A stretch of 32,627 bases of DNA, taken from sequence record SRR20825006_2217, one strand, 5' to 3'. Both the position numbers and the translations under genes were made by a program. Position 1 is the stretch's first letter, and each line of letters starts with the position of its first letter. Positions 27,375 through 32,627 of the stretch are shown here, piece after piece. The notes below the pieces were generated by a model. That model was given only the letters and a program-made list of their open reading frames with translations. It ran no database searches and was not told the origin of the DNA.

Positions 27375-27851
27375 ATGACCACACAAAAACACGAGCACAT
27401 ACCAAACATCTCACTCGAGCCATCCTCCCCAGGAAAGATGCTCTACGACGCTCACCTCAAGCTCAGCGCTGGTCTCGTCGAGAGGCTCGCCGCCGAAGGT
27501 TACGACATCAGCATCAACGCCTGGGCCATCCTCAACCTCCTCTGGGAGAAGGATGAACTACCTCAGTTCGAAATCAGCGAGCACATCTCCAGAGACAGGC
27601 ATCAGACCTCTCGCCTGATCGACTCGCTCGACCGACAGGGGCTCGCGACCCGCGTCGCGAGCACCGAGGATAAGAGGATCAAGCTCGTGGTGCTGACAGA
27701 AGAGGGCAAGGAAGCGCGCGTGGCGCTCAGGAGCGCTAGCCGCGACTACCTCGAGACCATCTTCCAGGGCCTATCCCAGGATGACTACGACTGTTTCCTT
27801 CGATGCCTCACGCACATCACAACCTCCACTTCAGACAGAGCAGAGATATGA
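27375..27851 (+). CDS. MarR family transcriptional regulator
   Basis: WAILNLLW...LPQFEIS...TSRLIDSLDRQGL.TR...EDKRIKLVVLTEEG. GAGGA RBS. Confidence 0.92.
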   Translation: MTTQKHEHIPNISLEPSSPGKMLYDAHLKLSAGLVERLAAEGYDISINAWAILNLLWEKDELPQFEISEHISRDRHQTSRLIDSLDRQGLATRVASTEDKRIKLVVLTEEGKEARVALRSASRDYLETIFQGLSQDDYDCFLRCLTHITTSTSDRAEI

Positions 27852-28486
27852 AATTTGCGATCTTTGGCGCCAATGGACCTGTCGGTTTGATCCTTACCGA
27901 GATGGCCCTCGAGCAGGGTCATGAAGTGACCGCCGTCACTCGCCGCCCTGACGAATTCCCCATCGAACACGAACACCTGAACGTGGTTCGCGGAGACGTC
28001 TTCAACCTCGAGGATGTCGAGGCCGCGATCCAGGGGAACGAGACAGTGATTTCGCTGTTCGGGGTGCCGTATAGCTTCGGCCCGATCGAGGTCTACTCCA
28101 AGGGCACGGCGAATATCATCGAGGCGATGTCCAAGCTCGGGTTGAAGCGGTTGGTGTGCTGCACCTCGGGTGGGACAAACCCGAAGTTCGACCTCTCATC
28201 GGAAGGGATCATCTTTGGCCTTATCATCAAACCGATCATCGGCCGCACGATGTACAAGGATATGCGCGATATGGAGGAGCTGGTCATGGCCAGCGATCTC
28301 GATTGGACCATCGCTCGCCCCGCCAGGCTCATGGACAGCGACGAGGTGGGAGATTACCGCACCGCTCAAGGTTACATGGTCGAGAAGATGCGCGAGACGA
28401 ACAAGCACGACCTCGCGCACTTCATGCTCGAGGAGGCTGTTGACCCCAAACACATCCATCAGGCGCTGGCCATCGCGAGTCCGTGA
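27848..28486 (+). CDS. NAD(P)H-binding oxidoreductase (flavin reductase/BVR-B-like atypical SDR)
   Basis: ATGA overlap with marR. Motifs IFGANGPVG, GHEVTAVTR, GDV and SDLDWTIARP. Confidence 0.9.
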   Translation: MKFAIFGANGPVGLILTEMALEQGHEVTAVTRRPDEFPIEHEHLNVVRGDVFNLEDVEAAIQGNETVISLFGVPYSFGPIEVYSKGTANIIEAMSKLGLKRLVCCTSGGTNPKFDLSSEGIIFGLIIKPIIGRTMYKDMRDMEELVMASDLDWTIARPARLMDSDEVGDYRTAQGYMVEKMRETNKHDLAHFMLEEAVDPKHIHQALAIASP

Positions 28487-28494
28487 GACTCCAG

Positions 28495-28944
28495 CTACTC
28501 CGTCAACGCGTCATCCTGCGCAAAGAGCGCGACAACCTTCTCCTTCGCGAGCCAGCGGCCCAGGAAGAAGCAGATCGCGCAAAACACGAGAATCCCTGGA
28601 ACCCTGGCGGCCCAGAAACCAGGACCTTCGCCCGTGTTCGGGGGGAAGAACGCATAAAAAGAGGTCAACGCGGCTCCACAAAGAGAACCCACTCCAAAAA
28701 AGAACATCAATCTCCGAAGCCAGATGCGTCCCCATTCTATCAAGAGCATCGTGGCAGCCGTGACTACCAAAAGGATCAGATCAAAGGCGACAACGATCCC
28801 CGATCCCATCCGCTCACCAGCCAGGTAAGCGGTGTTATCGCCAGAGAGGCTTACAAAGTAACCCCTGAGCACTCCCCCCAAATGAATCAATGTCAGAAGA
28901 ATCAGGAGCGCGCAGATCGCTCTCAACATTGTCTTCGATCGCAT
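28495..28944 (-). CDS. Hypothetical membrane protein (~4 TM)
   Basis: Four hydrophobic segments. It fills the gap directly downstream of cstA and has visibly lower GC. Confidence 0.6.
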   Translation of the reverse strand: MRSKTMLRAICALLILLTLIHLGGVLRGYFVSLSGDNTAYLAGERMGSGIVVAFDLILLVVTAATMLLIEWGRIWLRRLMFFFGVGSLCGAALTSFYAFFPPNTGEGPGFWAARVPGILVFCAICFFLGRWLAKEKVVALFAQDDALTE

Positions 28945-28992
28945 GAAAACCCTGTCGTACCAGGAAAAAACGAAGTCCCTGCCTGAGACCGC

Positions 28993-30858
28993 TCAAGCTG
29001 GCGTGGATGCCTCTGAAACATTGGCGGATTCCCAGGCGCCCTCTTCGAGCACTCCCCTGGCGCGGGGCCAGATGAGCAAGGCCTCGATGATCATCCACAC
29101 CTGGAGCACCTCGATGAGGATGCCAAAGCCCACGAGCAGCCACTTCTGGTTCGGGATAAAATCTGTCACGATCTGATGAATCATCGCCCAGCCAGGGAGC
29201 AAGAGCATCACCACGGCAGGCACCAGCGCAAACCACACGGGGAGCTTTCGCCGCCAGAGGTAGAACACCAGCACGGTCAGCGCGAGCCCGGCGAGCAACT
29301 GGTTGGTGGCGCCAAAGAGCGGCCAGAGGAGGAGCCCGCCGGTGCCTGGGCCCTTTGGACCGGGAATCATCGCCACCGCGCCGCCAGTGATCACAGCGAA
29401 CGAGGTCGCGGCATATTTCCCCGTCAGCGGCTTGATCCGTATTGTCTCGGCCAGCTCCTGGATCACGTACCTTTGCAACCTCGTCGCCGTATCCAGCGTG
29501 GTGGCCGCGAACGAGGCCACCAACACCGCGATCAGCGCGATTCCCATCTTGAGTGGAATCCCCAACGCGGTCAGGAAGTTCGCACCACCCTCGACAAATG
29601 CGCCGAGCTTTTGGGGGAGCCCGAGGTTTGCCCACCCGCCTGTGGTGACCGCCTTGCCATCCTTGATGACTGGCTTTCCATCAGCGTCCATCACGGGCCG
29701 AATTTCAGCCTGATACTTGGTCTCCCAGGCAGCCCTCCCCGTCAGCAACTCGCCAGTTTTGACGTCCTTGACGCCCATCCCGAGGCCAGCGCAACAGGCG
29801 AGGATCACGACCACCGCGAGCGCCCCCTCGAGCAACATCGAGCCATACCCGATCATGCGCGCGTCCGTCTCACACTCGACCTGCTTGCTGGTCGTGCCGC
29901 TCGAGACCAGCGAGTGAAAACCACTGCACGCTCCACAAGCGATGGTGATGAACAGGAATGGCCACAGCGGCGGCGCGTCGGCGGGCACATCGGTCGCGAT
30001 GGCTGGCGCCGCCTCGACGCCTGCTCCGTGCACCGCGCTCGCCACGAATAACCCCAGGATAAGCAACCCGAGCACCAACATGAGCTGATGGCTGTTGATG
30101 TAATCGCGCGGTTGCAAAAGCGTCCATACCGGCAGCACCGATGCGATAAACGAGTAGATGAGCAAGACCACCGTCCAGATGACAATCGGTCCACCGAAGG
30201 CCCCGAGCGATGCGATCGAAGGTAACGTGATAGGCAGGTGATATGCGCCGACGTACACGCAGACATACATCACAGCCAGCGCCAGCAATGATGGAATCAA
30301 CAGGTTGCCGTGGCGCTTGTGCACCCACCACCCGACCCCTATCGCCAGCGGGATCTCGATCCAGACGCTCAACACAGCGGACGGATAGACGGCAAAAATC
30401 ACCGCGATCACCAACCCGAAGATGCCGATCACGATCATCAGCGCGAAGAAGAGCACCAACAAAAACAGGCTCCTCGCCCTCGGATGGATCAACCGCCCCG
30501 CGACCTCTCCGATCGTCTGGCCCTTGTTCCTGAGTGAAATCACCAGCGCGCCAAAGTCGTGCACCGCGCCCACAAAAATGGACCCGAACAACACCCACAG
30601 GAGCGCGGGCAACCAACCCCAGAAGACCGCGATGGCGGGACCAACGATCGGACCAGTGCCAGCGATCGAGGTGAAGTGGTGCCCGAAGACGACCTCTTTC
30701 GAGGTCGGCACGAAGTCCACATCATCCCGTTGAGTCTTACTCGGGACATCGTGAGCATCATCGAGGTTAAAGATCTTCCCACCGAGCCAACGGCCATAGG
30801 TATGGTATGCGATGATAAAGCCGACAAAGGACGCGAGCGCGATAAGCAAGGTCGACAT
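28993..30858 (-). CDS. cstA: Carbon starvation protein A (CstA) family transporter
   Basis: Motifs FGHHFTSIAGTGPIVGP, GAVHDF, LPVWTLLQPRDYIN, FITIACGACSGFH, TTLDTATRLQR and WPLFGATNQLLA. GGAG RBS before ATG 30858. Confidence 0.95.
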   Translation of the reverse strand: MSTLLIALASFVGFIIAYHTYGRWLGGKIFNLDDAHDVPSKTQRDDVDFVPTSKEVVFGHHFTSIAGTGPIVGPAIAVFWGWLPALLWVLFGSIFVGAVHDFGALVISLRNKGQTIGEVAGRLIHPRARSLFLLVLFFALMIVIGIFGLVIAVIFAVYPSAVLSVWIEIPLAIGVGWWVHKRHGNLLIPSLLALAVMYVCVYVGAYHLPITLPSIASLGAFGGPIVIWTVVLLIYSFIASVLPVWTLLQPRDYINSHQLMLVLGLLILGLFVASAVHGAGVEAAPAIATDVPADAPPLWPFLFITIACGACSGFHSLVSSGTTSKQVECETDARMIGYGSMLLEGALAVVVILACCAGLGMGVKDVKTGELLTGRAAWETKYQAEIRPVMDADGKPVIKDGKAVTTGGWANLGLPQKLGAFVEGGANFLTALGIPLKMGIALIAVLVASFAATTLDTATRLQRYVIQELAETIRIKPLTGKYAATSFAVITGGAVAMIPGPKGPGTGGLLLWPLFGATNQLLAGLALTVLVFYLWRRKLPVWFALVPAVVMLLLPGWAMIHQIVTDFIPNQKWLLVGFGILIEVLQVWMIIEALLIWPRARGVLEEGAWESANVSEASTPA

Positions 30859-30993
30859 CTGGTTCTCCAACAAGAAGCTCTGCCAGTAAGCGAAACGATC
30901 AGGTATCTTACCCTCGATCGCGGCGCAGGTCACCCTGTCCCACCGCCCTCGCCCGTTGCCACAAGAGGTTTCATCATCGAACGCACGCACGCC

Positions 30994-31704
30994 ATGGCCG
31001 TGTGGCCCAAACGCATCGTCGCCGCCACAATTATCTGCGGCATCCTAGCCTACATCCTGTGGGGACCTGACATGAACGCCTCGATCCGAACACTTCGCGA
31101 GTTCGAGGCGATGGGCGCGCGCGGCTACCTGTACTTCGGGCTGGCGTACATCGTGGTGGCGCTGCTGTTGTTGCCAGCGAGCCTGTTGACGATCGGCGCT
31201 GGCGCGATCTTTGGCGCGCTCGAGGGTGTGGTCCTCGTCTCGCTCTCGAGCACCCTGGCGGCCTGCGTGGCCTTTGCCACATCACGCTGGCTACTTCGAG
31301 ACACGCTGACGCCATGGATCAAACGCACGCCGATCTTTCACGCGCTCGATCGGGCCATCGAGTTGGAGGGATTTCGCGCCGTGCTCTTGATCCGCACGAG
31401 CCCGATCTTCCCCTACAACTTCACAAACTATGTGTTGGGCGCGACGCGCCTTCCCTCGCGTGAGTTCGCGCTCGGCTCGTGGATAGGCATGCTCCCCGGG
31501 ACCATCGTCTACGTCTGGATCGGGAGCGCCGCCACGAGCATCGGACAGGCGCTCTCGAGTGATGCCGCGGCGAGCAAGCCCAAGCTCGCCCTCTTTGTGG
31601 TGGGCACGATCGCCACGATCCTGACGGTCACGTTGATAGGAAAGAGGGCCAAGAAAGAGCTCGAGGGGATCCTCTCCAAAGAGGCTCCCCTCGACTATCA
31701 CTAG
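30994..31704 (+). CDS. TVP38/TMEM64 (DedA/VTT, SNARE-associated) membrane protein
   Basis: Motifs LLPASLLTIGAGAIFG, LIRTSPIFPYNFTNY and GMLPGTIVYVWIG. Confidence 0.92.
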   Translation: MAVWPKRIVAATIICGILAYILWGPDMNASIRTLREFEAMGARGYLYFGLAYIVVALLLLPASLLTIGAGAIFGALEGVVLVSLSSTLAACVAFATSRWLLRDTLTPWIKRTPIFHALDRAIELEGFRAVLLIRTSPIFPYNFTNYVLGATRLPSREFALGSWIGMLPGTIVYVWIGSAATSIGQALSSDAAASKPKLALFVVGTIATILTVTLIGKRAKKELEGILSKEAPLDYH

Positions 31705-31760
31705 CGTCTGTTCGCTAGCATCTGATCAGTAGCGCCTGAGCGGCGCTCGTGAGCTTTATC

Positions 31761-32441
31761 TCACTGCGCTTCGGTCAGGCCGATGACGCCGCAGGAGAGT
31801 CGCCCACCGGCTGCGCCGATCGGGGGATGCTCGTGGTTGTTTGCCTTCTCGTGCACGATAACCGCGCGGCCGAGGATCGAGAACTTGCCGTGGAGAGATG
31901 CGTCCTTGAGGACCATCTCGGACTTCGCCTTGCCCTCGGCATCTGCCTGCAGGTCACCGAGGTCGCCGGTGATACGCTTGATATCCTTGGGAGGGTTCTT
32001 GGCGCTCTCCTTGAAGTTAAAGTGCGTCCCGGCGGTCTTGCCGTCATCACCGCTGCAATCACCGTAGATGTGGATATGATGTGCGTGCTTGCCATCCTTG
32101 GTGAGGCCCGTCATCTCGGTCGTGACCTTGAGCCCCTCGGGGGTCTCTTCGAATCGAATCACGCCGGTGGCGGTGTTGTCCTTGGTGGGATGAAGCACGG
32201 CGACGGCTCGAGTGACGGCATCGCTGTTCTCATCGCCGGGATCGACCATGACCTTGGCCGCGCCATCCTTTCCTTGAGGCTTGGCCTCTTCCTTTGGCGT
32301 GGTCGCAGGCGTTGTTTCGGGCGTGGTCGCCTCGGCCTTGGTGGTTTCGTTGGTCTTCTCTTTGGTCTTGTCTTCGCAAGCGGTCAACGACGCGGTCGCG
32401 ACCAGGAGGGCGCACAACAACGTGATCTTTTGGGTCTTCAT
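31761..32441 (-). CDS. sodC: Cu/Zn superoxide dismutase family lipoprotein (two Zn ligands missing)
   Basis: AGGAG RBS and lipobox LTAC. Motifs HAHHIH, GDC, AGTHFN, GDLG, GRAVIVHEK and GAAGGRLSCGVI. Confidence 0.9.
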   Translation of the reverse strand: MKTQKITLLCALLVATASLTACEDKTKEKTNETTKAEATTPETTPATTPKEEAKPQGKDGAAKVMVDPGDENSDAVTRAVAVLHPTKDNTATGVIRFEETPEGLKVTTEMTGLTKDGKHAHHIHIYGDCSGDDGKTAGTHFNFKESAKNPPKDIKRITGDLGDLQADAEGKAKSEMVLKDASLHGKFSILGRAVIVHEKANNHEHPPIGAAGGRLSCGVIGLTEAQ

Positions 32442-32627
32442 TTCAGTTCTCCTATGGGAAGAAACAAACAAGGCCGGGAAAGCAAACACCAGGCCCGTGA
32501 AGCGTTCGCCCGGGAACACGCGCTCGCGCGAGCCGGGCCATGAAATAGCTCACCGATAGCCTAGAGCCCCACACCGAGAATGCAACCGAGGATAGCGGCG
32601 AGGAGCAAAAGAAAGGGCGGCGATTTT

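Noticed and set aside
1-32627. High frequency of CTCGAG, GAGCTC and TCGA
   Set aside because: It is explained by Leu(CTC)-Glu(GAG) and Ile/Val-Asp/Glu codon pairs. I cannot show an excess without computation.

Overview
GC-rich bacterial chromosomal segment with about 27 CDS and no rRNA, tRNA, CRISPR array or transposase that I can support. MYXO-CTERM-like tails, a Hanks-type Ser/Thr kinase, Asp-Met-Gly linker repeats and about seven predicted lipoproteins point to a Myxococcota/Bradymonadales-type predator (inference). The left part (0.1-8.9 kb) encodes cell-surface proteins, including a three-gene operon: two tail-anchored proteins with a shared mature N-terminus D-[LV]-I-x-P-G and a His-motif polytopic membrane protein. 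The middle holds acyl-CoA metabolism genes (long acetyl-CoA hydrolase/transferase, a biotin-dependent acyl-CoA carboxylase alpha/beta pair, tesB), a kinase, and a coupled pair of predicted lipoproteins: an apparently exported MEMO1/AmrB homologue and an alpha/alpha-toroid-like partner. About 23.2-29 kb looks accessory (AraC, roadblock-like, SDR, cyclophilin-like fold, MarR plus NAD(P)H-binding protein). The right end carries cstA, a TVP38/DedA protein and a SodC lipoprotein lacking two Zn ligands. The best candidates for an undescribed system are the DxIxPG/CTERM plus His-membrane-enzyme operon and the exported MEMO1-toroid pair. All family calls come from motif recognition by eye; no searches were run.
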